Assembly (NCBI GenBank): GCA_963766885.1
Contig: CAVYBO010000002.1
Span: 86,097-150,096, forward strand
Direction of reading: 5' to 3'
Source: an uncultured bacterium
GTDB taxonomy: Bacteria > Patescibacteriota > Minisyncoccia > Phycocordibacterales > CAIRYW01
DNA: 64,000 nt
The translations under genes were made by a program, and so were the position numbers. The notes below the pieces were generated by a model, which ran no database searches, had not been told where the DNA came from, and saw only the letters and a list, made by a program, of their open reading frames with translations. Position 1 is the first letter of the stretch. Each line of letters begins with the position of its first letter. Positions 52,166 through 61,355 of the stretch are shown here, one piece after another.

Positions 52166-52200
52166 AGTCCCGCATTTACACTGCGGGACTAATTTTTTTA
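52166..52200 (+). terminator. rho-independent terminator
   Basis: agtcccgca-tttacac-tgcgggact is followed by aattttttta. Confidence 0.6.
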
Positions 52201-52222
52201 TTTAATTTATAACTATATAAAA

Positions 52223-53245
52223 TTAAAGACTGATCACAAACAATTCCAGAGAAAGCTCTGGAATAAATGATCTTTCAGCTTGCATCAGCGCCTGAAGAAG
52301 CTTTCTTAAAACTTCAATACTTAAATCAAGATCTTTAGAATCAGATGCGTTTTTAATAAATTTAATTCTGTCTTCTGAATATTTTTTTAGCAAGGATCCT
52401 TCCTGAAATTTAGATACTCTGATCAAAACAATTTCACGGATTTTTTCCAAAACCAGTCTGCCAAAAAGATTTATATTTATTTCGGCTTCTTCGATATCCT
52501 TCAAAATTTTCAAGGCTTCATCAATATTTTTTTTACCTACTGCCAAAATAAAATTTTCTATCAAAGATTCTCTTGGAGCTCCCAGAGCTTTTTCTGTGTC
52601 AGTTAATTTTATTGATTTGCCAGATATAAACCCGATTGTCTTTTGTAATGCGCCAAACGCGTCTCGAAAGGAACCTCCTGCAACCAGTGCAATCAACTCA
52701 GCGGCGTTTTCTTCAATATCAAATCCCTCTTTTTTGGAGACTTCGGAAACAACTTTAGAAATTATACAAGTGGTTGGTTTTTTGAATTCACAAATCTGGC
52801 AACGGGATTGGATTGTTTCTGGGATTTTTTCCAATTCTGTCGTGGCCATAATAAATAAAACATGCTTAGGAGGCTCTTCCAAAGTTTTAAGCAGCGCGTT
52901 CCACGCTTCACGTGTGAGCATATGAGCTTCGTCTATAATGTAAACCTTTTTCTTGGATGAAAATGGCATAGTCTCAATCGTTTCTCTAAGCGTGCGAATG
53001 TCATCAATTCCCCTGTTTGATGCTGCGTCTATTTCGTACAAATCATCGTCTGTAGTACCAAGTTCTTTGGCTAAAATTCTGGCAACAGAAGTTTTGCCCG
53101 TGCCGCGGGAACCGGCAAAAATGTATGCGTGTGAAAGCCTCTCTTCCGAAATAGAATTTTGAAGAAGTAAGACAGTCTGCTCTTGTCCGATTATTTCTTC
53201 AAAATTTTTGGGACGATATTTTCTATAAAGCGTTTCGTGATTCAT
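52223..53245 (-). CDS. dnaX: DNA polymerase III subunit gamma/tau, short form
   Basis: YRPKNFEEIIGQE ..., Walker A GSRGTGKTS and sensor motifs are present. The start is taken at MNHETLYRKYRP. Confidence 0.85.
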   Translation of the reverse strand: MNHETLYRKYRPKNFEEIIGQEQTVLLLQNSISEERLSHAYIFAGSRGTGKTSVARILAKELGTTDDDLYEIDAASNRGIDDIRTLRETIETMPFSSKKKVYIIDEAHMLTREAWNALLKTLEEPPKHVLFIMATTELEKIPETIQSRCQICEFKKPTTCIISKVVSEVSKKEGFDIEENAAELIALVAGGSFRDAFGALQKTIGFISGKSIKLTDTEKALGAPRESLIENFILAVGKKNIDEALKILKDIEEAEININLFGRLVLEKIREIVLIRVSKFQEGSLLKKYSEDRIKFIKNASDSKDLDLSIEVLRKLLQALMQAERSFIPELSLELFVISL

Positions 53246-53286
53246 AAAAAATATTATAGCAAAGAAAGAGAAAATAAATTTAATAT

Positions 53287-53326
53287 AAAAAGAAACCGAC
53301 CGCTTGCAAAGGTACAAGCGGTCGGT
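53287..53326 (-). terminator. GC-rich rho-independent terminator following the GC-rich gene
   Basis: A 12-bp stem accgaccgcttg / caagcggtcggt is followed on the minus strand by a U-run. Confidence 0.5.
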
Positions 53327-53438
53327 GATATGAGTTTGAGAATCGCCTGCCCTCAGGCCAGTCGGGTTTTACCCCTTCGGAGAATTTAATCTCCTTTTCA
53401 GATTCTCATTTCATACCTGCTTTTAACCCCATGAAGGG

Positions 53439-53945
53439 TTAACCTGCGGCGTAGTGGCCGCCGGTGGTCTTCGTGTAAATGCCGACGGCGCTCGTCCAGT
53501 GCGATTCATAATTGGCCGGCGCGGTGGTATTTTGCGAGGACGAGGCGTAGCCGTCGATGCAGATCGGCAATCTGAATTGCCAGATGCCGAAGGCATTGTT
53601 GTAGGTAAGCGTGGTCCCGGTGTTGGGCGGCGTCGTCGTCTTCACGAGCATGCGGTCGAAGTGGAACTTCGGCGCTTGGAGCCCGGATTCCGTCGGCGGT
53701 CGCGCGATGGCGCTTTCGAAGGCCTGACCAGTCTCGGAAGTCTGGATGATCCAGACCGCGGGGATGAACCCGCCGTGGTCGTAATAGCTAAACGCCGGCG
53801 GAATGCCGACGTCGGGCGCGGGCGGCGCCGAGGCCGTGATCACATTGGTCTCATTTTTGGTGCCGGCGCCGAGGCCGTGCCAGCAGTAATACGCGGTTGC
53901 AATGATGGCCAAGAAGGCCAAGCGTTTGTTTTTGAGGATTTTCAT
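53439..53945 (-). CDS. secreted hypothetical protein encoded in a high-GC island
   Basis: The roughly 168-aa ORF begins at MKILKNKRLAFLAIIATAYYCWHG (a signal peptide). It has a strongly G/C-ending codon third position, unlike the rest of the window. Confidence 0.55.
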   Translation of the reverse strand: MKILKNKRLAFLAIIATAYYCWHGLGAGTKNETNVITASAPPAPDVGIPPAFSYYDHGGFIPAVWIIQTSETGQAFESAIARPPTESGLQAPKFHFDRMLVKTTTPPNTGTTLTYNNAFGIWQFRLPICIDGYASSSQNTTAPANYESHWTSAVGIYTKTTGGHYAAG

Positions 53946-54152
53946 CCGTTTTTCCTTTCGTTTGTTTGTTGTTGTTTTTGACTCAACCAGTATCCGGAAC
54001 AATCAGTAACGTTGCTTTTTGCCACCTCCTGAGATGGTTATGGGCAGGTATGAAATTGTTAAAGACCACAAGTTTTATCGTGTCAAATATTAACTCTAAA
54101 TTAAAACTTGTCAAGTGTTTTTCAAAAGTTATCCACAATAGACTTCTTCTTT

Positions 54153-55226
54153 TCAGGTCGCTTTGCTCCCGAAAATAAAGTCGTCCGCAACTGCCTCTAC
54201 TTGGCTGGCATTGTCAGTTTCCATCAATTTTATCCGCAAATCTTTGGCTCCCTCGAATCCATCAACATAAGCTTTAAAATGTTTTTTCATAATTGCAAAA
54301 TTTTTGTAACCAGTAAGTTTTTCCTCAAAAATTTTTGTGTGTTCTACCATAACTTTTAGCTTTTGTTCCACAGGAATGTCTTTTGTCGAGTACGTGCGCC
54401 CGTCTGCTGACGGGCTTCTAGCGTCCGCCGCCAGTCGCGGCTTCCGATCCTCTCCAAAAGACATTCCTTCAAATAGCCACGGGTTGCCGAAAATTCCTCG
54501 GCCAATCATTACTCCATCACAGCCTGTTTCTTCTGCTCTTTTTATTCCCTCTTCAATATTTTTTACATCTCCATTACCAATAATTAAAGTGTCCACTTTC
54601 ATATCATTACGAATCTCAACAGCGCGCTTTATATAATTCCAATTTGCTAGAACTTTAGACATTTCTTTTCTGGTACGAGCATGGATAGTCAGAGCCGCAA
54701 TATTTTCTTCAAGCAGTGCTGGGATCCACTCTTCAATTTCTAATTTATTAAATCCGACCCTAGTCTTCACAGAAATTGGAATTTTATTTTCCACTCCCCG
54801 CTTTGCGGCTTGAATTATTTCTTTGGCAAGTTTTGGATTTTTAATCAAGGCCGCGCCTGCGCATTGCTTTTCAATCGTTTTGTCCGGACAGCCCATATTT
54901 ATATCGAGTCCGTCAAATCCCAAATCTAAAACTATTTTTGCAGCGCCTTCAATGTATTCTGGTCTGCCGCTAAAAATCTGCGCGACGATCGGACGCTCAA
55001 TTTCAGAATATTCCAGATCCTTAAGAAGTTTTTTCTTGCCTTCTTCATTTGCGCGGCAGAGACCGTCTGCAGAAACGAATTCGGTCCACATTACATTTGG
55101 CTTGCCATATTTGGCGATAATTTGACGGAACGCGGCGTCGGTAACATCCGCCATTGGAGCAAGCGCAAAAAAGGGCATGTCTCGCAACAAGCCGGGCTTG
55201 CGTAGATTTTTCCAAAAATTATTCAT
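54153..55226 (-). CDS. dus: tRNA-dihydrouridine synthase
   Basis: The ORF has a TIM-barrel Dus core (LAPMADVTD ..., catalytic INMGCP) and a C-terminal helical domain. Confidence 0.85.
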   Translation of the reverse strand: MNNFWKNLRKPGLLRDMPFFALAPMADVTDAAFRQIIAKYGKPNVMWTEFVSADGLCRANEEGKKKLLKDLEYSEIERPIVAQIFSGRPEYIEGAAKIVLDLGFDGLDINMGCPDKTIEKQCAGAALIKNPKLAKEIIQAAKRGVENKIPISVKTRVGFNKLEIEEWIPALLEENIAALTIHARTRKEMSKVLANWNYIKRAVEIRNDMKVDTLIIGNGDVKNIEEGIKRAEETGCDGVMIGRGIFGNPWLFEGMSFGEDRKPRLAADARSPSADGRTYSTKDIPVEQKLKVMVEHTKIFEEKLTGYKNFAIMKKHFKAYVDGFEGAKDLRIKLMETDNASQVEAVADDFIFGSKAT

Positions 55227-55233
55227 TATATAT

Positions 55234-56385
55234 TTAATTCTGATCTGGATTGCCGGCTAAAGAAAACTTCATATGGTTTTCAATAAATCCAAGCAGAGCT
55301 CCAACATCATTATTTCTGTTGGGGCTTTTTAAAACAATTACCACTATATTTCTCTGTGTCCCACTGATAGAAATGCGATAAAAGGCAACTGCAGTTTCCG
55401 AAGCCGCTTCAGTGTATCCATTTTTCCCGCCAAGAAAAACTTTATACTGCATCAGCTGATTTCCGTTGTACCATATGTGATTTATATTTGCTATTTCATA
55501 CTGTTTTACTTGGGTAATATTGAGAATATTTGGAGTAAAACTCGGATTTTGATCTTCTTTATAGATATATAAAGCAAGTTTTAAAAGATCATTTGCCGTA
55601 GTCAGATTCTCATGAGAGACGCCGCTTGGCTCCACAAATGTTGAGTTTGTCATTCCAATAGACTCTGCTTTCTGATTCATCAATCCAACAAAAGGATCTT
55701 TGCCGTATTTGTAGTTTTCAGCAATAACTTCCGCTGCATTGTTTGAAGATTCCATTAAAAGCGGATACAAAATATCTGAAAGAAGAATGTGTTCATTTGG
55801 TTCAAGAACTTGTTCGGAACCATACACCGAAAGAGCTTTGCTGGTTACCAATAAGTCTTGGTTGAGAGGCATATTTTCTGTTGCAACCAAAGTCGTTAAA
55901 AGTTTTGTTAAAGATGCTGGTGGAAATATTCCATCAGGATCTTTGCTAAGTATTACTTCTCCTGTGTCTGCATCTGCCACCAAATAGGAAATAGCATTGA
56001 CCTTTGGAGATGTGTAGTCGTTATTTTTAAAATAATATTCTGCTGGCGTATCTGATGCCACCGCATTAGCCGGCGGACCATCTGAATCATTTGAGCCTTC
56101 CGTTATTTTTGGAGCACTTTGAACTGGAGTGACGGTTTGTAAGGTGTTTTGCTGACTTTGGTCAGGAGAAAATAAAGACGCCAAAGCGCCTTCCCCGCCA
56201 ACGACAAAACTCATTGCCGAAAAGCCAATAACCAAAGAAGCAATTCCCCAGACAAAAAAAGATTTTAGTCCCTGTCTGTTGTAAGGTGATTCTGATATAA
56301 AAACAACCTTTTCTCCGTGCGGACCGAGATCGATTTTCTTTAAATAAATTGGGTCAATATTGTATTCGTTTCTCCTCTTATCCAT
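55234..56385 (-). CDS. D-alanyl-D-alanine carboxypeptidase, peptidase S11
   Basis: The ORF has an N-terminal TM, an SxxK motif (PASLTKL) and SGN/KTG-like motifs. Confidence 0.8.
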   Translation of the reverse strand: MDKRRNEYNIDPIYLKKIDLGPHGEKVVFISESPYNRQGLKSFFVWGIASLVIGFSAMSFVVGGEGALASLFSPDQSQQNTLQTVTPVQSAPKITEGSNDSDGPPANAVASDTPAEYYFKNNDYTSPKVNAISYLVADADTGEVILSKDPDGIFPPASLTKLLTTLVATENMPLNQDLLVTSKALSVYGSEQVLEPNEHILLSDILYPLLMESSNNAAEVIAENYKYGKDPFVGLMNQKAESIGMTNSTFVEPSGVSHENLTTANDLLKLALYIYKEDQNPSFTPNILNITQVKQYEIANINHIWYNGNQLMQYKVFLGGKNGYTEAASETAVAFYRISISGTQRNIVVIVLKSPNRNNDVGALLGFIENHMKFSLAGNPDQN

Positions 56386-58759
56386 TTACCTTTAGTCTAA
56401 CAGAATCCCCATCTGTTTCAAAATAAGCTTCCTTTCCTGATTTTAATTTTCCCGATATAAGTGCTTTTGCAATATCTTCTTCAAGATTTTCCTCAATCGC
56501 TCGACGCATAGGACGAGCGCCAAATTTGGGATCGCTGCCGATTTTTACCAGATAATCAAGTATTTTGTCGGATGCGGCAAGTTTTATTGCTTTCTTTTCG
56601 AGTCTGTCTTGAAGCTCTGCAAACATCAGTGAAGCTATTTGCTTTAAATCAATATTTGTCAGCGGATGAAAAAATATAATGCCGTCAAAACGGTTCAAAA
56701 GCTCTGGAGCAAATATCTTTTCTTTGATTATACTGTCAATAATTTTGTCTTTTTCAGAGTAAAGATCTGCTCCAGATTGAACAACATCCCAAATCATTGA
56801 GCTTCCCGCGTTTGATGTTGCAATAAATATTGTGTCCCTAGCATTTATTTTTTTACTTTCTGCGTCCGTAAAAAATCCCTCGTCAAATACCTGAAGAAAT
56901 AAGTTATGAATCTCATATGTCGCCTTTTCAAATTCATCAAGCAAAAGTACTCCGTATGGATGATCGCGAAGCAATGTTGACAAAGATCCCTGTTTTTTAT
57001 TTCCATAGGAACCTATGAGCCGCGCCATAGCATCATTGGCTTGATATTCCGACATGTCAATTCTTGAAAGCTTGGCAGAATCCTTGAACATGACTTCAGC
57101 AAGAGCTTTGGCGGTTTCTGTTTTACCCACTCCAGTCGGACCTAAAAACAGAAATGATCCCATAGGGCGGCTTTGGCTTGAAATTCCCGCGCGGGACCTT
57201 CGGAGTGCCGAAGAGATGGACTTAATCGCCTCGTCTTGGCCAATTATTTTTTTATGCAAAACATTTTCTAAATCAAGCAATTTGTCTTTTTCGTCTGACT
57301 CAGGGTTAAGTGAAGGCACGCCTGTTTTTTCTTCAATGATTTTAAGTACGTCTTTTTCAACCAAAACTCTTCTTTTTTGGGATTTTACATAAGATACTGC
57401 GTCCAGAAGAATTGTTCTGGATTCACCACTCTCGGCATAGCCGCCAAAATGCTTCATCGATTCATTTTTGATAGTAAGCAGCGCAGGAAAAGTTATTAAA
57501 ACACCCTTCTCAGCTTCAACTAAAAAAGCTTCTCTTTTAAGCATTTCTAAATCGGCATCTTCGCCCTCTTCTTCAATTTTTATCACTTCCATCTTATGCG
57601 TCAGACCAGAATACAAATCTCTGTTTTCATCAAAAGTGTTCATGTCCTCTAAGATAACAATACTGACTGATTGGGAAGAAAGAACTGGTTGAAGCATTGA
57701 AATAACATCAATGCCGCCAACTGACTCGGTTTTTATAAAGGAAACAAATCTTGGAAATACCACAACGGTATTTCCTGCAGCGGCGGCTTCAACCAAGGAC
57801 TTAAATAAAATTTCTTCAATTTCCTTTGGCTGCTTGGAGCCTTCTAAAACGGTTTCTGGTTCAATTAAAAATATCTTTTTATAAGAAAGTTCGGAAGAGG
57901 CTTCTCCGTTTCTGATTTTTTCTGCAAGCAAACTCATCACATCAACACCTTCTTCTTCGCTTTGACAAATCAGAATCGCGTTTGCTCCGTAACTTTTTGA
58001 CAACGCCCTTTCAACTCTGGAAACTGCGTTCTGATAAAGCTTTTTAAATCCGTCCAAGCTGCCGGACATTGAATTGTTAAGATTTTTGGCGATCCTTTCC
58101 AATTGATATGCTTCTTTGTCCGACCAATCTTTGCCGATGCCAGGAATCTTTGAAATCTTTTCCAAAGACCAAAATCTCTGCTGATCAACCAATTCTTCTG
58201 TTCTGGAGACAACCCAATTAAAACAGCCAGAAAATTGCTCAGGCGAAATACCACGGGACAAAAGGAAATTTTTTATAGACGGCAGATCAGAAAATTCCTT
58301 TGCTATTTTTTGGTCAGTTATGTCTTCGGGAAGAGACTCGCAAAAGTTTTTTGGTCTGGATTTTATAAAAGATACAACATCTCCTTCAGAAATACCGAGC
58401 CTGAGCATCACCTCGTCTCCAATATCTGAAAAGAAAAATCCTCTGACAGGATCACAGTCCTCAGAGTGGAACAGTATCTGTCCATTTAAAAAGGAAAAGG
58501 GATTTTCATCTTTATATGACTGATTAAAAAGAGAAAAATAAAAGCAATCCAAACCATAGAAAACCAGACTGACTGAGAGCAAAACAAAAAATATTCCCAA
58601 ATACACACCTAACCCGCTAAAAATAAAAACAATTAAAAAGAGAATTTCAAAATATGAAAGAGACTTTATTATTTTTCTTCGGAATTGATGAGAAATCGCA
58701 TCTTCCAAAACCAATGCCGGGTAATAGTTTATTTTGCTTTTTAATATGTTTAGGTTCAT
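56378..58759 (-). CDS. membrane-anchored ClpA/B/C-like AAA+ ATPase (degenerate first module, intact D2)
   Basis: The ORF has N-terminal TM helices. No Walker A is found in the first half. The C-terminal D2 has GPTGVGKTE, sensor 2 and a ClpB D2-small domain (GARPMRRAIE). Confidence 0.75.
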   Translation of the reverse strand: MNLNILKSKINYYPALVLEDAISHQFRRKIIKSLSYFEILFLIVFIFSGLGVYLGIFFVLLSVSLVFYGLDCFYFSLFNQSYKDENPFSFLNGQILFHSEDCDPVRGFFFSDIGDEVMLRLGISEGDVVSFIKSRPKNFCESLPEDITDQKIAKEFSDLPSIKNFLLSRGISPEQFSGCFNWVVSRTEELVDQQRFWSLEKISKIPGIGKDWSDKEAYQLERIAKNLNNSMSGSLDGFKKLYQNAVSRVERALSKSYGANAILICQSEEEGVDVMSLLAEKIRNGEASSELSYKKIFLIEPETVLEGSKQPKEIEEILFKSLVEAAAAGNTVVVFPRFVSFIKTESVGGIDVISMLQPVLSSQSVSIVILEDMNTFDENRDLYSGLTHKMEVIKIEEEGEDADLEMLKREAFLVEAEKGVLITFPALLTIKNESMKHFGGYAESGESRTILLDAVSYVKSQKRRVLVEKDVLKIIEEKTGVPSLNPESDEKDKLLDLENVLHKKIIGQDEAIKSISSALRRSRAGISSQSRPMGSFLFLGPTGVGKTETAKALAEVMFKDSAKLSRIDMSEYQANDAMARLIGSYGNKKQGSLSTLLRDHPYGVLLLDEFEKATYEIHNLFLQVFDEGFFTDAESKKINARDTIFIATSNAGSSMIWDVVQSGADLYSEKDKIIDSIIKEKIFAPELLNRFDGIIFFHPLTNIDLKQIASLMFAELQDRLEKKAIKLAASDKILDYLVKIGSDPKFGARPMRRAIEENLEEDIAKALISGKLKSGKEAYFETDGDSVRLKVNG

Positions 58760-59149
58760 TTATTTAATAATTAAATAAAATCCATCAAAAAATAATAATA
58801 CTATGATCAAGGGATAAAATATCCAGATAAAAAAGACTGCGATTACTAGCAGCACTCCAAATACTATTGCAACAATTCCCACAACAACTACACAAAACCG
58901 GATAAGAGCTCCGATAAGCCGCATCAGCATATTTAAGGCTAATACACCTAAAGACTCTGTAATGTTTGTTACCGAAGTGTTTGCATATCTTTCACCAAGA
59001 CCTTTCCAAGGCGCAAAGAAAGTATGGGTCAACAATCTTATTGAAAAAAAATCATACAAGAAAAAAATAAAATTCTTCTCATTTAAAATAAGATCTCTGA
59101 TTGCCTTGGTGTAATGCCACTGAACATACGAAACTGTTAAACTAAACAT
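58760..59149 (-). CDS. polytopic small membrane protein (hypothetical)
   Basis: The 129-aa hydrophobic ORF abuts the Clp-like gene. Confidence 0.45.
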   Translation of the reverse strand: MFSLTVSYVQWHYTKAIRDLILNEKNFIFFLYDFFSIRLLTHTFFAPWKGLGERYANTSVTNITESLGVLALNMLMRLIGALIRFCVVVVGIVAIVFGVLLVIAVFFIWIFYPLIIVLLFFDGFYLIIK

Positions 59150-59192
59150 ATTATAATTATAGCTTTTTTATAACTTACTGCATAAATTACTG

Positions 59193-59999
59193 TTAAGAAT
59201 TGCTGCTGCCTTTGCTTTTTAAAAGCACTTTGTTGCCGAAACGAAGATCAATATATTCTGTGTTGTTTTTGTTAAAGTTTTTAAGATCCGGTGAGGAAAG
59301 CGTCTGTTTTAAATAATAAAGCGATTCATCGGCGCTTTCATCCAAACCCAATTTAAAATACATACCAGACGCATCAGTTAAGTCTGCTTCGTCCTGACTT
59401 ACAGTGAAGCTGGAAATTGAAAAGTTGAGACTTCTTACTCCATTTATAAAATCAAAAACCGTTTGTATATCGTTTGCTGATGCAGACATAAATCCTATCT
59501 TTGGGTTATCACCATTTTGAAAAATAATATAAGCATTGCCCTGAATTTCCGGAGCCGGAGCAAAGGCAAGTCCAGAACCATCAACATAATCACAAAGAGT
59601 TAAATTACACCAGAGAAAAAGCGGCACGCGCTCCGTGAGATTTATATTCAACATACCGGAATTTATTGTGAGTGAAATTGCTTTGACCGATGTTGCCGAA
59701 AGAGTTTTGAATATTTCTTTTTTTGGATAAAAGAAGATGCTGTTTTTTGGAATAAGCCCAAAAAGATATGAACCTTCGAGCTCGTCTGAAATCTTGGACT
59801 GAACAGCTGACAAATCTTCGTACGCAAGCGAAGACACCCTAACATCTTTTATTCGAAACACGTCAAGGCGAAAAAGATAGTAAGATCCAGCAAGCAAGAA
59901 AAGAATAATTAAAATCAATACCAGAAAAAAAAGCCTCCATCCGCCTTTTTTTCTCTCTTTGGCAAAATTAATATTTTTTATTTGTATACGAGACTTCAT
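59193..59999 (-). CDS. ftsQ: cell-division protein FtsQ/DivIB-like (POTRA)
   Basis: The ORF has an N-terminal TM, a POTRA-like segment (FRIKDVRVS) and a beta-rich C-terminus. Confidence 0.6.
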   Translation of the reverse strand: MKSRIQIKNINFAKERKKGGWRLFFLVLILIILFLLAGSYYLFRLDVFRIKDVRVSSLAYEDLSAVQSKISDELEGSYLFGLIPKNSIFFYPKKEIFKTLSATSVKAISLTINSGMLNINLTERVPLFLWCNLTLCDYVDGSGLAFAPAPEIQGNAYIIFQNGDNPKIGFMSASANDIQTVFDFINGVRSLNFSISSFTVSQDEADLTDASGMYFKLGLDESADESLYYLKQTLSSPDLKNFNKNNTEYIDLRFGNKVLLKSKGSSNS

Positions 60000-60007
60000 T
60001 CAAAATT

Positions 60008-61300
60008 TTAAAGTATTGAAAGCTTTTGAATAAAAGTTTTTCCGTACATATATTTTTTGAGCGCTTCAGGAATTTCAACTTCTCCTTTCTCAGTCTGATA
60101 GTTTTCGATAATTGCTATCAAAGCTCTTCCAACAGCAACAATTGTTGCGTCATTCATATGAACATAATCAACTTTGCCATCGGCACGCTTAACACGGGTA
60201 TTAAGGCGACGCGGCTGAAAGCCCGCAATCAAATCAGCACTGTGTGTTTCCCTATATTTATCTTGTCCCGGCATCCACGTCTCAACGTCAATCTGCCTAA
60301 AATCTGGAAATCCCATATCCCCGGAACAAACTGCAACCACTTGGTATGGCAAATTGAGTTTTTGTAAGATGTGTTCCTGAATTGCTATCAGAAAATTCTG
60401 CTCCGCCATCGAATTTTCAGAAAGTGAAAAAACTTCAGCCTCTAATTTATCAAACTGATGTACGCGGATAATTCCTTTTGTGTCTTTACCATAACTCCCC
60501 GCCTCTCTTCTGAAAGCTGTAGAATATCCAACATAGCGAATCGGCAAATCTTTCTCATCAAAAATCTCATCCATATGCATCGGGCCAAGCGTGTGTTCCG
60601 CGCTTCCAACCAGCATCAGATTGTCTTCCGGAAAAATATAATGTTCCTCAGGTGTCAAAAATCTTGCCATTCTGTTTTGAACGGCTGGCTTTACGAAAAC
60701 AGGAGGAATAACAGGAATAAAAGCATCAACATCAATATTTAATCCAACATCAACGGCAATTTTTTGAAGGGTTTCTTTTGAGGTCACGACTCCAAGACAA
60801 AATTGAATTAAGGCAAATTGCATCAGAGCCAAATCTCCTTTTAAATACGCGAATCTTGAAGCGGCCACCTCTGTAGCTGTTTCTGTATCTATAACACCAA
60901 GATCAGCGCCGATTTCAAAATGCTCTTTTGGTTTGAACGAAAACTGTTTTTTTTCTCCCCACTTTCTTATGACTTTGTTTTCTGATTCATCCTTGCCAAT
61001 TGGAGTATCTGGAGAATAAATGTTTGGCACCTTGAGCATCAATGATAAAAATTCTTTATCAATCTCGGTAAATTCCTTTTCTAACTTTTCATGCTCAATT
61101 TTTAGCTTTTGTCCCTCTTCAACATTACGGGTTTTCTGGGCTTCGTTGCGCTTCTGGTTGATGTTATCGAGCTCTGAGCGCAGAGATTTTTTGGATTCGT
61201 ATAAGGCAAGCAGCTTGTCAAAGTCGATTTGACGGTTTTTGTTTTTTGCCGCGTTTTCCACAATTTCCCTGTTTTCTTTTATGAATTTAATATCAAGCAT
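60008..61300 (-). CDS. serS: serine--tRNA ligase
   Basis: The ORF has an N-terminal coiled-coil arm and class II motifs. The start is taken at MLDIKFIKENRE. Confidence 0.9.
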   Translation of the reverse strand: MLDIKFIKENREIVENAAKNKNRQIDFDKLLALYESKKSLRSELDNINQKRNEAQKTRNVEEGQKLKIEHEKLEKEFTEIDKEFLSLMLKVPNIYSPDTPIGKDESENKVIRKWGEKKQFSFKPKEHFEIGADLGVIDTETATEVAASRFAYLKGDLALMQFALIQFCLGVVTSKETLQKIAVDVGLNIDVDAFIPVIPPVFVKPAVQNRMARFLTPEEHYIFPEDNLMLVGSAEHTLGPMHMDEIFDEKDLPIRYVGYSTAFRREAGSYGKDTKGIIRVHQFDKLEAEVFSLSENSMAEQNFLIAIQEHILQKLNLPYQVVAVCSGDMGFPDFRQIDVETWMPGQDKYRETHSADLIAGFQPRRLNTRVKRADGKVDYVHMNDATIVAVGRALIAIIENYQTEKGEVEIPEALKKYMYGKTFIQKLSIL

Positions 61301-61355
61301 AGTAAAATAATAGCACTGTTTTTTAATATTTAAAAAAATTAAAATCAAGATCGGA

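Noticed and set aside
53454-53981. A 175-aa plus-strand ORF inside the high-GC island.
   Set aside because: It is a shadow ORF typical of GC-rich DNA. The minus-strand frame has the signal peptide and a strongly GC-biased third position, while the plus-strand frame does not.
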